Source: the human T2T-CHM13v2.0 reference genome, Homo sapiens. Taken from it: a stretch of 64,000 bases of DNA. The position numbers and the translations under genes are program-made. The notes below the pieces were generated by a model, which worked only from the letters and a program-made list of their open reading frames with translations, was not told the origin of the DNA and made no database searches. Positions 1-16,200 of the stretch are shown piece after piece; the stretch's first letter is position 1; every line of letters begins with the position of its first letter. Location of the stretch: assembly GCA_009914755.4 (NCBI GenBank), contig CP086569.2, positions 62,304,001-62,368,000 on the forward strand, read 5' to 3'.

Positions 1-154
1 TAAAAGTCAACAGACTGCTTTCATCTCTGTTATCTCATCTGATCGTGCTAGGGCTTGGTGGATAGAATTATCTCCATTTTACAGGGGAGAAAACTAAGGC
101 TCCAAGATTTAGTAACTTACTTCAGTCCCATCAAGGGAGAACTGGATCAGATTC

Positions 155-236
155 CTGATCCAATTGCCAGGAGGCAAACCCTGATCCAATTGCCAGGATC
201 CAATCTTGATCCAATTGCCAGGAGGCAAATATTTCT
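155..236. repeat. Imperfect tandem repeat, 3 copies of tgatccaattgccagga(ggcaaa), period ~24-26 bp
   Basis: Seen directly: copies at ~157-173, 183-199, 207-223. Confidence 0.7.
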
Positions 237-1177
237 GCTGTCCCACTGGAATATAGGGCTTTCCTGGCCTGCCCTTCTAGGGTCTGCATTTGCCAGCCCT
301 AGGATGAACACTTATACAGGAGCTATTTCTAAATGTCTAGATAGCCATGTTTATCAGTGCCCCACCATTCACTATGGTAACCCTAGATGCTGAAAATAAC
401 CATATTAAGGAAATTAGCCTGTGTACATTCACTCTCGTCATCATCTTGGTTTTGGTGGGTTTTGGCTGGCTTCTTTACTGCAGTCTGTTTTATCAGCAAG
501 ATCTTTATGACCTGTATCTTGTGCTGACCTCCTATCTCATCCTGCGACTTAGAATGCCTTAACTGTCTGGGAATGCAGCCCAGTAGGTCTCAGCCTTATT
601 TTACCCAGCTCCTATTCAAGACAAAGTTGTTCTGGTTCACATACCTCTGACAGGGAGGCCTCAGGAAACTTACAATCATGGTGGAAGGCAAACGGGAAGC
701 AGGCACATCTTACATGGCCAGATAATTACACTACAAATTTTAGGGTATAAATAAGATTACTTTAGGAGAGAATATGGAGTAAGAGGGGGCTTTGCTAGAG
801 TCCTGAAAGCTCTAAAGAGAGGCGATATTTAGAGTTCACACAGCTTAGTAACTCAGATCTCTCTGACTCTAAAACTCATTCTTTTTCTAGGATACTATGC
901 TGCCTCTTAAAGAATAGATATTGAATACAATATAATTAAGTTGATATTAATACCAAATGCGAACCTTTGCAAAGGGGAGATAAAGCAAGGGGAATGATTA
1001 AGATCACCAGGAAGAGTGTGAAGAGTAAGAAGAGAAGATGGCATAGGGCAGAACCCTATGGAATGTGAACATTTCTAAAGAAAATGAAGAGCTGCCACAG
1101 AGGTGGGAGGAGAACCAGCAGGGTGTAGTTCTTGGAAAGAGCTAACAGAATAAAGGGGTTCAAAAAGGAGGGAATAA

Positions 1178-1537
<360 letters not shown>

Positions 1538-2129
1538 CTATTTGTTTTAGCAACACTGTTGAGAATTCTGTCTGTAAAGGAGAGGTGAGAGAAAGACCAC
1601 TAGCTTATCTGTGTTTGGTCTGTGTTTGATGAGGGGGCTTGGGGTATGGGGTTAAGAAAGGTGACTTTGGAATGTTTTAGATGAGAGAAATTTTGACAGC
1701 CTTTAAGTCCTGATAGTAAAGAGCGAGTTAGCAGAGAGCCGTTGAGGAGTCATGCAACGGAAGGGTTCATCAGAGGAGCTTGACTCTGAGTCGGCAACAG
1801 GGAATAGAGATGGAAGAGGGCTGGCTTAGATCAAAGGAGAGTAGTCGTTTATTATTATTATTATTGCAAAAAGAATAGGAGAAAGGATTGGTGAGGGGTA
1901 CAAGAAAATTAGAAAATTTCATGGCGAAAGTAGAGGCAGTTCCTGTCAGATGAATTCTATTTTGTCTGTGAGGAAACGGGCGACGCTGCCTACTGAGACT
2001 AAGCAGGAGAGACGGGGCAAGCTTGGCTCTTCATTTATGCCGCCTACTCATTGCTGGTAGATTCTTTATCTAGCCTGCATCCTCTCATTTTCCTGGATCC
2101 CTATACGGCATTTGACGCTGTTTACCACA

Positions 2130-2640
2130 AGAGCTGTCGAACGAACGTGAAACACTCAGTGATACTCCAACCGGAACTACTACTCCCAGAATGCAGTACG
2201 GCTCCTGGGAAGTGCGGGGGGCTGGGAACGCAGCAGGCCTAGCCGTGTCGCCTGCTGCCATTGGAGGAGCGCTCCCACTCCCAAGAGGCCACGCGTAGAC
2301 GGGGCGCTTCATGCGGAAGTCAGCGGCGTCCGGTCCCAGCCTCCTCTGGGAGCGGGCAGTTGGCGACCCTGCACTGACCCGCGTCCCTCCGTCTCGAGCC
2401 CGCGCGCCCTCAGAGGGTGCCCGGACAGGTAAATGGAGTGGGGTGCGCCCTGCGGGAGGCGGGGAGAGAACTGCGGAGGGAGGGCGGAGGTGTCGATGGA
2501 AAGGTGCTGGGGTGGAGCGAGGAGGCAGTGCAGGGGTGACTTGGGCTTCTCTGGTGTCGACAGTTCCAGTTGTCGGGCAGGACCAGTTTTGGCGAGGTGC
2601 GTCTTATGCCACTGGAAAGGCCTCGAGTTAAAGAGTGTCA
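2130..2640. promoter_or_regulatory. VAMP7: CpG island / promoter region of VAMP7 (many CpG dinucleotides, GC-rich, spans putative TSS, exon 1 and start of intron 1; ETS-like gcggaagt at 2313-2320)
   Basis: Seen in sequence: dense CpG (cgcgt, gcgcg, ccgg clusters) in an otherwise CpG-depleted AT-rich window; lies immediately 5' of the first donor site of the gene. Confidence 0.7.
2290..2428 (+). other. VAMP7: VAMP7 exon 1, non-coding 5'UTR exon; 3' boundary at donor cag|gtaaat (2428/2429) is firm, 5' boundary (TSS) is a guess
   Basis: GT donor at 2429 within CpG island; splicing 2428 to acceptor at 10439 places 9 nt of UTR before the ATG. TSS cannot be fixed from sequence alone. Confidence 0.5.
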
Positions 2641-4689
2641 GAATGCGTCACTTAAGCTGTCATTACAGGAGGGAAAAAATGTTAACTTTCTCTCAGTTTG
2701 TATTCTACAAGACCTTTCTGTAGCATTTAAATCTCTTGAGATCGCCAGAGTCTTCTAAAAACTCTCTACGTCCTTGTTCGATGACGTCACTTTCTGCTTC
2801 ACCTTCTACTTCTGGCTGTTTATGCTCCTTCGTGGGTTCCTAGCCCCTTATTCGCCCTTCCTCCACTGCTCAGTATTGACAGTCCCCTTCTTCCTCTGTT
2901 CAGGGACTGTATTTCTGCCTAGACCCGTTTCCTCAGCTTCAGACCTGTTTGGTGTTTTTATTAATGGCCAATGTTTATCAAATTCTGACTGCGTACTTTG
3001 GTAAATGCTTTACATCTCCGTCTCCCATAACTCTCACAACCAACCAACTGTCTTCATTTGGCCTCATTAATTGCTTTCAACTACCTGTATCTCCATTATC
3101 CCTCCCTTGATCCCAGAGGATACAGTCATGTTTAGGATATTAATTCCCTTTGAATACCTGTGGCTGAGAGCAGATCCATTCATACATTTAACAAATATTT
3201 ATTGAACGGCTGGTATATGCTTGACACTCTTTTAAGTGCAGGGGATACAGCTGTAAACAAGACTTAGGAGGTTGCTACTCTCAGGAACTTACATGTTTGT
3301 GTCTAGAGGGGAAAACAGGAATAATCAGGATTATGTTATATATTGGTTAATGCAAAATAAAACAGGTGGTTGACTTGAAAGGATGGGATCCTATCCTAAG
3401 AAAGTCAGAGGTCAGGGCATCGTCCAGAAAGAATAGTTGTAATACCAACAGGAATAATCTTGATCTGTAACATGACTTTTCGTAAACACCTCTTCTTTTC
3501 CCCTGTCTAAGCAGTGTTTATTCTTCATTCTTCTATCTCCTCCAAGGTTATTGCATCAGAATTCATGGTTTATCTGTAGTTGGTTTATTCCTTCTAAGAC
3601 CCAGAGAGAAGAGTGGGGGATTGGATTACTATTAGCTCAACTGCTTTATCTTACTTAGAAAGATAGTTTGGTTGTGAAAATATTATTCTTACCAGGTCCT
3701 TCTGAATATAAAGTTATCTACCATTTATAGTATATTTTAAAACCAAAATATGCTCAATGTTCACTCATTTATTCAACAGATATTTGAGGGAATATTAGAT
3801 GGTAGGCACTGTGCTGAGCACTGGGAAAATAGGGTAAAATAGACACTTTGACCTCTCTTCCAAGGAGAAATAATCCTAACAGTATACTGAGGAAATTTCT
3901 AAGGCATAGGCTGACACCTGCATTCCTGTTCTTCATCCGAGGTGAGATCATCACAAAACATTAAGACATTTCCTGAGCAATTGCGGACATTCTTAGATTA
4001 TTCACTTATTATACTTTATTGCATTTATTTATATCTGTCTTCCCCATTGTTCTATGGCTCCCTCAAGTATAGGAGTCCCTTCTTCCTTAACTTTATACCT
4101 CTAGTGTCTACTTTGACTGTCATATAGTAACCCACCAGTATATACGTGTTGAACTGAAATAGACTCCCTATTTGATCAAATTTAAATGACATGATTTATA
4201 CAAGGCCTTCTTTATGTAAGGCCATCAGCCGTATTCCTCAACCTTCTCATTCACCAAAGGTGGACCATTCCATCTTATCAGGCTAGCTTATGTACCTTCT
4301 TTACCTTGCTCTCAGTGCCTTCTCTTCTTCCATCCATCCCTCCTAAAAGGATCTCCCATCTCTTCCCAAGCACCTTGTGTACCTCCCTCCATTAATTTGG
4401 TGGGCCAGTTAATTTAATAATCTGCTCATGATACAGGGGTGGAAAAAAATTAATTTCCTTTTTATATTTCCTATGAAACATTCTGCCAATGAACTCTTGC
4501 AAGAATTAATGTAATAGATCCTACTGCAATAATATAATGATACAGAATACTTTTTAAAGATTTTGCATTGACTATCACCATGTGCTATGTAATGAGTTAA
4601 TTCTACTACTTTATTTGAACAGTTGTATAACCTCTGTTCACACAGCATGTTTTGGTATCATTTGGTTTCTACTTGGTAGAAACACATCT

Positions 4690-4992
<303 letters not shown>

Positions 4993-5108
4993 AAGAAACA
5001 CATCTTTGAGTATTACTTTCTCAGCCTGAGGTAATTTAAGTGGTAATGTTATTCTGCCACATTGTCATTTTCAGGATGTCAGATAAAAGCCTCAAGTATT
5101 AAAATTAA

Positions 5109-5489
<381 letters not shown>

Positions 5490-6469
5490 TAAAAACAACA
5501 GCAGTACAAGAGTGCTTGAGTCATGACTGTCGTGAATTTAGGATGTGCCAACCTAAGATCAGCCAGATACTTCTAAGATGTAAACATTAAGCATTGTTAT
5601 TTTAGGTGATTTATTGACACCTATTTCTTTATAGACAGGAATGCAAGTGCAGCACTGAATTGTGTGCCATTGCTCGTTTATAAGATACACATGTAGATGA
5701 TCCAGAATATTCTTATACATTTTTCAGTGTTATCAAAATACAAATGCAGAATTAAAAGATTTCTCAAAACACATGGACTTGGCCTTTCCCCTTACTCAGT
5801 TACCTGAAACTGTCTTCAGCCTCTACTTGAAGATGCTTCTGCTGAGGAGGAGCATTTTCATCATTGCTGTTCTATGTTATTACCAAATTTTTTAATACAG
5901 GCAATTTCTTACTTACAAATGGATATATTCTAAAAGTACTGTTGTAAGCTTATTGTTTGGAACGCTGGATGCATTTCCTTCTATAAATAATGCTATCCAT
6001 GACATTTACACTGTTATGCCAACCAGTATCATTTTATTAACTTTTAATTTAGTGGACTCGAAGACCTTCCCCACAATTTACAATAATTCCTCTATTAAAA
6101 AACTGCATTTATAATTCTCATTTGAATTCCCTTATAGCATATCTTTTTTTAGAAACCCAACAACTAGAACAAAAATATCCTTTCTTTAGTCCCTTAACAT
6201 AGTAAAAACAGGCTTTTCTAACTCCAAACTGTTGTGGGTGACCCTTCTAGCCCTTAGCTCTAAGGACAGTCCTCCAATATGAGCAAGGAAAACGAAGGGA
6301 CAGAGGTTTTAGAGAGGGAGGCAAGTTGGGTGATATGAGTATCTGGAAAGGGAAGGGTAGGATTTATTTGGGATGAACAGTGAGTTTCTAAAATGGAAGT
6401 TTGCATTGCTTGTCAGCCTTTTGGCTAAGATCAGGTGTAGTATCAGTTTAAAATGGGGGTTTGTTGTGG

Positions 6470-6955
6470 GTTGAATTGTGTCCTCCAGAAAGCTGTGTTG
6501 AAGTTCTAACCCGTGGTACCTGTGAATGGGATCTTATTTAGAAATAGGATCTTTGCAGATGTAATTAAGATGTAATTGAAAATGGGGTCATACTGGAGTA
6601 GAGTGGGCCCTTTATCCAATATGACTGGCATCCATATAAAAGAAGAGAGACAGAGAGAATGCAGTGTGAAGACACAGATACAGAGAACACCATGTGACTA
6701 CAGAGGTAAAGATTGAAGTGCTGCACCTCCAAGCCAAGGAACACCAAGGATTGCCACCAAACTATCAGAAGCTAGAAAGAGATAAGGAAAGATTCTCTTC
6801 TACAGGTTTCAGAGGGAGCATAACCCTGCCAACATCTTGATTTTGGACTTTTAACCCTCAGAACTGGTAGGCGATACATTTCTGTTGTTTTAAGCAACCA
6901 AGTTTTTGGTACTTTATTACTGCAGCTACAAGAAACTAATACAGGATTCTTAGCA
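6470..6955 (+). mobile_element. MaLR-type LTR (MLT1/MST-like), ends …cagactaatacag-like motif (agaaactaatacag)
   Basis: Recognised conserved MaLR LTR 3' block (…cagaactggtaggcgatacatttctgttgttttaagcaacc…actaatacag). Confidence 0.6.
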
Positions 6956-8510
6956 GGAATAAAGTAGAATTGGGATGGTGGCTGTGGGACCAAGTGGGGA
7001 GTGAATAGGAGAACAAAGAGGAACAGTGTTGATATGGGGCTTTCCTTTATGTTGCATTATCTTTTTTTCTTCCCTTCTCTCTCTGGCTTATCTTTTCATT
7101 CTTTTTCTTCTTGGATCTTATCTTTATATAGCACTTTATGGTTTATTAGGCATTTACATACTGCTAATAATTAGCAGAGCCAGGTTTTCTAACTTCAAGT
7201 GCAGTGTTCATTGTGCCACAATTGTTTCTGTTATCCCAATACTCATCAAGACGTTATGGATTCTATTACAAGACACTTACAATGGGGGCAGGTAAGACTT
7301 CATAGGTGGGATTTTTAGCAGTATAGCAGAGAGGAAGGAATTCCTATTAGTGACATCTGGAAGGAAAGTAAAGTTTCTGTTGCTATGTACCCACTGTTTA
7401 ACAGTCATTTTTAAGTTGGGGACTGCTTTTATTGGAAGAAACACTACTTGCGTATAACTTATATTCATTGTTCCTAGTTATATTCTGAATAATGTGCTCC
7501 CTGTTCCAGGTGACTGTACTTTATATAAACTCAAAAACTATTGTCATGTTCCCTCTAAGTCCTCTCTTTCTCATGTTACATATCTCTAGTTCCTCCAGCC
7601 AGTCTTCAGATGACACAATCTCCATGTCTCTCACCCATATTGTATTGCCTCCCTTTTGTCTAGTCGTTAAATATTCTACCCAGAATTGAATTCAGTATTT
7701 TACATATGTTCTAACCAGCACAGAGTGTAATGGGACTAGTACTTAAACAGGTCAAGACACCCTATTTCTTAATGTACTTTGAGATTATGTAAGCATTTTT
7801 AAGCAATATCGCATACCGTTGGTTCATAATGAACTTACAGTCCACTGAAACACTAGATCTTTTTGTATTAATTGTTGCCAAGGTCAGTTTTCTTCTTGAA
7901 CCTGCACAGGGACTGAGGCTGCTGCTACTTTTTCATCTCTCTGTTCCAGGGACCATATGATTTCTTATCTCTGTTTCTCTTTGTGTTTTTGTTCCTCTCT
8001 ACTGTGTCTCTTTGACCCTAAGCAATGACCTCCTTCCTTGTTATAAAATTTCACTGATTGTTTTACAGTCTTCATTCTCTTTCTTTCCTTTCGGCTTCTG
8101 GGCCACCACACTTTTGGCTTTCCCATTTGGTCCTCCTCAGTCTTTGTGAGTCTCTATTTATCTACCTTTCCCTCAACTGTTGGTTGTGCTTTGGGTTTTA
8201 TCTTTGGCACTATTTTTTTTTTCTGTATGCAATATATCTTCAGCAAATAAATCATGTTTAAAATGGCAGATCTAACTGAGCTCATCTGGGAATAAAAGGG
8301 CACAGAATCAGTCCCGGAGGAAAGTCGACATTTAGAGGTCAGGTAGAGGAGGAAGAGTCAGCAAGAAGACAAAAAGAGCAGCCAGAGATGTAGGAGCATT
8401 TCAAGAAGGAGGGTCGGTCAGCAGTGTTGACTGTGCCTAAGAGGTCAAGTAAGGTAAGAATAGAGAAGCAACCACTGTATTTTGCAATATAGAGGCTGTT
8501 GGTGACCTTA

Positions 8511-8934
<424 letters not shown>

Positions 8935-9764
8935 GAAAAGAAACAGAACAGTAGGATCCACAGTTAGGGAGGCTTTAGGATCAAGGGAGATAAAGTATAA
9001 GACAGCAATTTGGAAACTATAACTTACTGCATATGTGTAAGGAGAATTCTAGAAAGAAGATGGTTGAGATCACAACCCTGGGGAACAACTTCAGTTAGAG
9101 AGTAGGAATGAAAAAGAGATCCCCAAAAGGCATTCAGCCCAAGAGACAGATGAGCACCTTCTGCTCTGTGTGCTGTCCTTCCATGCTGGGATTGCAATAA
9201 GGAATCTGCACATTCCTTGATCTCAAACAGTTTATAGTTTGCTGTTGTGTTTCACAAAGTATGTTTGTGTGAATCACCTGCATCCAGACAGACTTGTATT
9301 AAATACAGATTCCAGGGCCCTACCTCAGGCCTACGGAATCAGAATTTCAGGAAGTGATGCCAAGAGTTTGAATTTTTAGCAAATGACTCATACTCTGCCA
9401 CACAAGATGATTCGTATTCCCACTACAGTTTGAGAACCACTGGTATGTTGGGTACTGAGCATGTTAACAAATAAGAGTAGGTTTAACAGTTAATCGAAGA
9501 CTAGACAAGGATTTGTTCATCTCTTTTTATGTTTATGCCATTAAATAAGAGAAGCTGGGCTTGTTAGGTGGGAAATAATAGCACATATTCATAGGCAGAC
9601 ATAAGGAAAATAATCTTAAACTCATGCCATATGGTTTTAGTAATGTTTTGTTTATGAAGGGTCTTACCATTCCTTTCTTGTGGAAGCTTTGAGTTATTTT
9701 CACTTTGTTTCTGTTATGGATAATGCCTTTATACTGGCAGTGTACAGTAAAAGGCTAAGATTAT

Positions 9765-10000
9765 GAGCTCTAGAACCATACTGCCTAGGTTTAAATTGCA
9801 GCTCCACACTTACTAGCTCTGTAATTTGGGGGAAATTATTTAAGTCATCTGTGCTTCAGTTTTCTCATCTATAATAGAAGTATCATAATAGTGTATAATC
9901 TCATTGAGTTGTGAGGATTAAATGGATTAATAATTATAAAGTATTTAAAATGGTACCTGGCACATAGTAAACAATAAATATAGGCTATTTTTATTGTTAA
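9765..10000 (+). mobile_element. MIR SINE fragment
   Basis: MIR core: …acttactagctctgtaa…gtgaggattaaatg…cctggcacatagtaa…. Confidence 0.7.
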
Positions 10001-10191
10001 TAGTTATCTTTGTGAATCTAGAGTCTTAACTTCTGTTGAACTATTTCTCTAGGATAAATTTTCAGGATGGAATTTCTACATTAAAGAATGAAGACATCTT
10101 TATGTCCCTTTGCTATCTATAGTCATTGCTTTTCAAAAGGGTGATATCTGTTTGTGCTATAATAATTTGTAAATGCAAGCTATCAATGGTG

Positions 10192-10216
10192 TGTGTGTGT
10201 GTGTATGTGTTTTGTA
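10192..10216. repeat. (GT)n microsatellite
   Basis: gtgtgtgtgtgtgtgtatgtg. Confidence 0.9.
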
Positions 10217-10438
10217 TGTCTCTTTATATGAATGCATACAAGCATGGCTTAGGTTGTAAGTTTGTAGAAAACTTTGACCTTCTTTTTAAGCCTGCTCTTA
10301 AGTCTGTTGTTAAGTTTCATGTTATAGTGCCTCGTTAGATACTATCTCCAGGTAGTATGTTGATAAATGATAGTAAGTTACCTTTGAAAGATTATGTCAA
10401 AGAAATATTCTAAATCTGTGTCTTTTTCCTTTTGATAG

Positions 10439-10593
10439 ACTGAAGCCATGGCGATTCTTTTTGCTGTTGTTGCCAGGGGGACCACTATCCTTGCCAAACA
10501 TGCTTGGTGTGGAGGAAACTTCCTGGAGGTGACAGAGCAGATTCTGGCTAAGATACCTTCTGAAAATAACAAACTAACGTACTCACATGGCAA
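10439..10593 (+). CDS. VAMP7: VAMP7 exon 2 (ATG at 10448; encodes MAILFAVVARGTTILAKHAWCGGNFLEVTEQILAKIPSENNKLTYSHG + 2 nt of N); acceptor ttttgatag|ac, donor caa|gtgagt
   Basis: Direct translation matches N-terminus of VAMP7/TI-VAMP longin domain; canonical splice sites. Confidence 0.95.
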
Positions 10594-11330
10594 GTGAGTT
10601 CTGTTCTGCATGTGGTAAGGGATGAAAGAAGGGAATTCTGTTACTCTAATCAGAACGGTAGAAAAGTAGAAAACAAGCTTCTAGGTACATAATTTGAATA
10701 AGCTGACAGAATAGTAACCTTCACCAACTTAGAAAATATATCTGGTTTTGTTACTTATAAATTTAACTTGTAATTATTTTATTCTATTATTGAAGTGATA
10801 TTTTATTTTGAAGAAAGATGGAAATGTTAAATGTAAAAATGACTTTGCTCTAGAGCTGTGTGATATGTGAAATAATTCAGATAAGATAGATAATGTTCCT
10901 TTGTTCATTCTTTCAGTAAATATTTACTGAGCACTTAACTATTGCCAGGCACTTTGCTTGGTGCTCGGGATATAACAAGATATGTGGTATTTGCCCTCAT
11001 AAGGGTTATAGTTTAATGAGGGAGAAAGTCAAATCCACGATGTCAAGGGTTGGGGGGATGGGAAGTAGTAGATAGGAGAATGGTATTCCAAGTAGAAGGA
11101 ACAGCAGGTAGAGAAGTATGGAGGCATGAGATCATAGGGCGGGCATATTTAGGGAACTGCAGACTGTTCTCTGTGACTGGTGCCCAGGATGGTGAAAATA
11201 AAGCTAGAGAGATGGGTAGAAGAAAAGTCATGTAGGGCCTTGTAGGCCATATTAAGAGCTTGGACTTTACCTTGTGGGCAGTGGAAAGGCATTGAAGGTT
11301 TTCAGCCAGGGTGTGACAGAGTCAGGTTTG

Positions 11331-11641
<311 letters not shown>

Positions 11642-13708
11642 CTTCAGTCAGTTTTTGCTTTAGAAAGATCACTCTGGTGGCTTATTAGAGTGGCCATAGT
11701 TGGGAAATCTTAGTAATTAGTTTTAAAAAGTGCCTCAACCTTCCCCGTTGGCACTTAAAAATCTTTTCTTACTTAACCCAGCCTTACTTCCTTAGTTCTT
11801 ATCTCAGAATGAGGTCCTTATTACTTTCTATGGCTAACCCCTTATACAGTTTAAGGTGTACTCTAAGCTACTATGAGAGAGACCCCCAAGATACAGTATT
11901 AATTTTAATGAGATAGTCCAGAGATGAGTGGTTTGGGATGTTGGGGTGGCTCTGCCATTTCCAATTCCCTAATTCCCAAAGCAATTAGTGCTTTCCACTT
12001 CTGGCCAAGGCAGCTCCTTTGGTGCTTGTTATATCCCAGTGCTTGCCCAGTAATTTTAAAGGCAGGGCCCAGAAGTGGCCTGATATTGTTGAGAAGCTTC
12101 CACTTACATCTTACTGTTCACTACACAGTCATGTAGCTAGCATAGCTAGAAGGGAGGCCAGGAATTGTCATCTCTGGCTATGTAGTCGTAGGCTCAACTA
12201 AAACTCTGTTACTCTGGAGGAAGTTATAGGATATCAGGGGATGACTTGCAGTCTTCCAGTCTACTCTTCTGGCCACCCAGATATTTCAGTGAACCTTTCT
12301 TCCCAAACATAGAATACGCCTCTTCTCTGAGAGAGGTAGCTCCAAAGACCTATCTAGTCACTGTGTTTGGCTCCAAGTCCAGCATGTCTAGGTGGTACAC
12401 AGTCCTATCCATCAGGCCCTGGTGTGGCTCCTGTGGTCCACTGACCATAAAGTAAAAGATAAGTCATATGTTTTCCCTGCTTTCCCAGCCTAACCCAGTA
12501 GACAATGGTGAAATAAGAAAAGGATCATCACAGTGAGAGTTACAAACTCCCATTTGGAAAAGGGAAGAATGAGAAACATGTAGAAGTCATTGCTTTCCAG
12601 TAATGATCAAATAATTGCCTCACACAATTTCAAAGACTCCCTATTCTGACCAGGAAGTGGTTAGTGGTTCTGCTTTCTTGGAGGAACTCCCTCACCCTTT
12701 TTCCCTGACTCCTGGCTTTGTTCTCCAGGAAGTTTTTCCTTTCTGGCCACATCCAAAATGGTAGTTAGAGAGTATATCATCTTTGGGAATTGTACCCATT
12801 TTGTAGTCCTCTTGCTGCCAGCGTAGGTTTGTGGGCCTAGAGGATAGGGGTTAAATAATCTTAGCTTCTTATGATTTTGGCTTTATACTTTCTCTAAAAA
12901 TGTATTAGACTTACAGTCTTTGTGTTTCTAGGCAGTTCCTGGGAAAATGTCCAGGGAAAGCACATGTAGTCGTCCTTTTAGAGGCAAGACTGGGAAATAG
13001 GGCATATATCTTCCACTCATGTATTATGAGCCAGAATTTAGTCACAGCCATATGTAGCTTTAAGAGAGTATAGAATATGTAATCCAATTAAAATGCAGTT
13101 ATAGTAGAAGGAGATGTTATCTGTCTGCCATGCCTCTCTGCCTGTGTCTCTGATCTAGCTGTGTTATTTCGAGCTTTGGTACCTTTTTTTCATGCTTTTG
13201 TTATCTTCTAGGAATGCTGTTCTCCCCCTAAGCCTCCTTGTAAACTTTTGCTCACTTTACAGGTCCCAAGCGAAATACTTTCTTAATTTGTACTTTAATG
13301 CTTCTAAAAGGGCAGTTCTGATCATATTCCTTCCTTCAACAGATACTGTCTGCCCTCAAGGTAAAATTCCTTAACGGGACTTGGAATATTCTTCAAGATC
13401 TGCCCCTTTTTCCTTCTGTGGGCTCATCTTTTACTACTTTAGTCCTCAGTTTTGCTTTCCAGCCATACTTCATACTTAGCCATTTACAATTCAATGCTAG
13501 GTTCTTTCTCTCTTCCTAGCCTTTGCAATAGCTGTTACCTTTTACTGGAATATATTTATCTACTTAATTTTTTAAAAATCTCACTTTGTGTGCCTGAGCT
13601 TAGATGTTTCCTTTTCCAGAAACCCCTGAACATTAACACTGAGTCAGGCACCGCAATCAGACACTCTTTTTATGTGTCTACATAGCATCTAGTTTGTTCA
13701 TATTGTAA

Positions 13709-14049
<341 letters not shown>

Positions 14050-14454
14050 TAATTGAAATGATTGTTTATTTCTGTACCCTGACTGTAGGCTTCTTGATGG
14101 CAGGGATCATACCTTGTTACCTTTTGTGGCCTGTGCACCAAGTGACTTACAAGTCTGGTTTAGGAGAAACAAATTTTATGGGGAAAGTGATGACTTTCAT
14201 TCTGGGCATGTCATGTTTAAGCTGTCTATGGTATGTCCAGTTGGATATGTCTAGTAGACAGTAGTGTAGGTAGTCCTGGAGCTCAGGAGATAGGTCAGAT
14301 GGAGATTTGGGAATCATTGGCATAATTGTGGTAGCTGAAAACAAACTACAACAAAACATGAGAGTGCATGCTGCCCTCCAGGGAGTAAGTAAGTGTGAAA
14401 AAAGCAGGAGGCTAAGGAAGCTAGAAAACGTTAGTGTAGAGGGAAAGGGACTAT

Positions 14455-14810
14455 GATATAAACCAGGTATATTAGCCTGCTTGGGCTGCTATAACAAAAT
14501 ACCATAGACTGAGTGGCTTGAACAACAGATACTTGTTTCTCACAGTTCTGGAGACTGTGTGAGGTGCCCGCTAATTCAGTTCTTGATGAGGGCCTTCTTC
14601 CTGGCTGGCAGATGGCCACCTTCTTGCTGTGTTCTCAGGTGGTGGAAAGAGAGTGATCTTTTTCTTCCTCTTTTTTAAAGCCACTAATCCCATCACGAGG
14701 ACCCCACCCTCATGACCTCATCTAATCTTAAGTGCCTCCCAAAGGCCTTGTCTCCAAATATAGTCACACTGTAACATATGAATTTTGAAAGGACACAGTT
14801 CAGTCTATAG
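14455..14810 (-). mobile_element. MaLR LTR (MLT1-like), antisense
   Basis: gctgctataacaaaataccatagactgagtggcttgaacaacag…ttctcacagttctggag…tcccatcacgaggaccccaccctcatgacc… = reverse complement of MLT1 3' block. Confidence 0.6.
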
Positions 14811-15272
14811 CACCAGGCAAGCCTGATGTCAAGAAATCTAGTGAAGATAAAACACTTTCCAAAAGGAAGTGGTCAACACTATCATATGTTTCAGAGAGAG
14901 CCACTGGATATGGCAATGTGGAAGTCATTGGTGGAAATGGTGCAAATAGTTTTAGAGTATTGGAGGAAAAGATTTTGCCTGAGTTCCTTTATCTCCTTGT
15001 AATTCATGTCAGTCCTCTGTGAACATTAATATAATTCAACAGGTACCCCTATCTATCCACTTGCCCAAGGTACAAATGTGGGAGGCAAAATTTAGTTAAC
15101 CTGTCTCACGCCAGTCACCAAGTTCTATAAATGCTGCCTCCTATCTCTTCTCTGTCCCTTTTTCTTTATTACCCATTCTACTTTAGTTTATTTCCCTCCT
15201 CATTTCTTACCCGGTATACTGCAGTAGTCTCCTGTCTGGTCCTCCTTTGAGTCAGTTTTCCGCACTCTAGCC

Positions 15273-15321
15273 AATGTGTCCTTTGTTTTTTTTTTTTTTT
15301 TTTTTTTAATGTGTCCTTTTT
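15273..15321. repeat. poly(T)22 flanked by 13-bp direct repeats aatgtgtcctttg / aatgtgtcctttt
   Basis: Seen directly; resembles a TSD-flanked poly(A)-only retro-insertion scar. Confidence 0.6.
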
Positions 15322-15351
15322 AAAGTGCAAATCTGATCACACCCTCCCTAG

Positions 15352-16200
<849 letters not shown>

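Noticed and set aside
2311-2758. ORFs of 96-106 aa in the GC-rich promoter region (for example MRKSAASGPSLLWERAVGDP…)
   Set aside because: These are GC-rich CpG island and 5'UTR/intron 1 sequence. The glycine/arginine/alanine-rich composition is typical of spurious ORFs in CpG islands, and the first intron donor at 2429 truncates any such reading frame in the mature mRNA.
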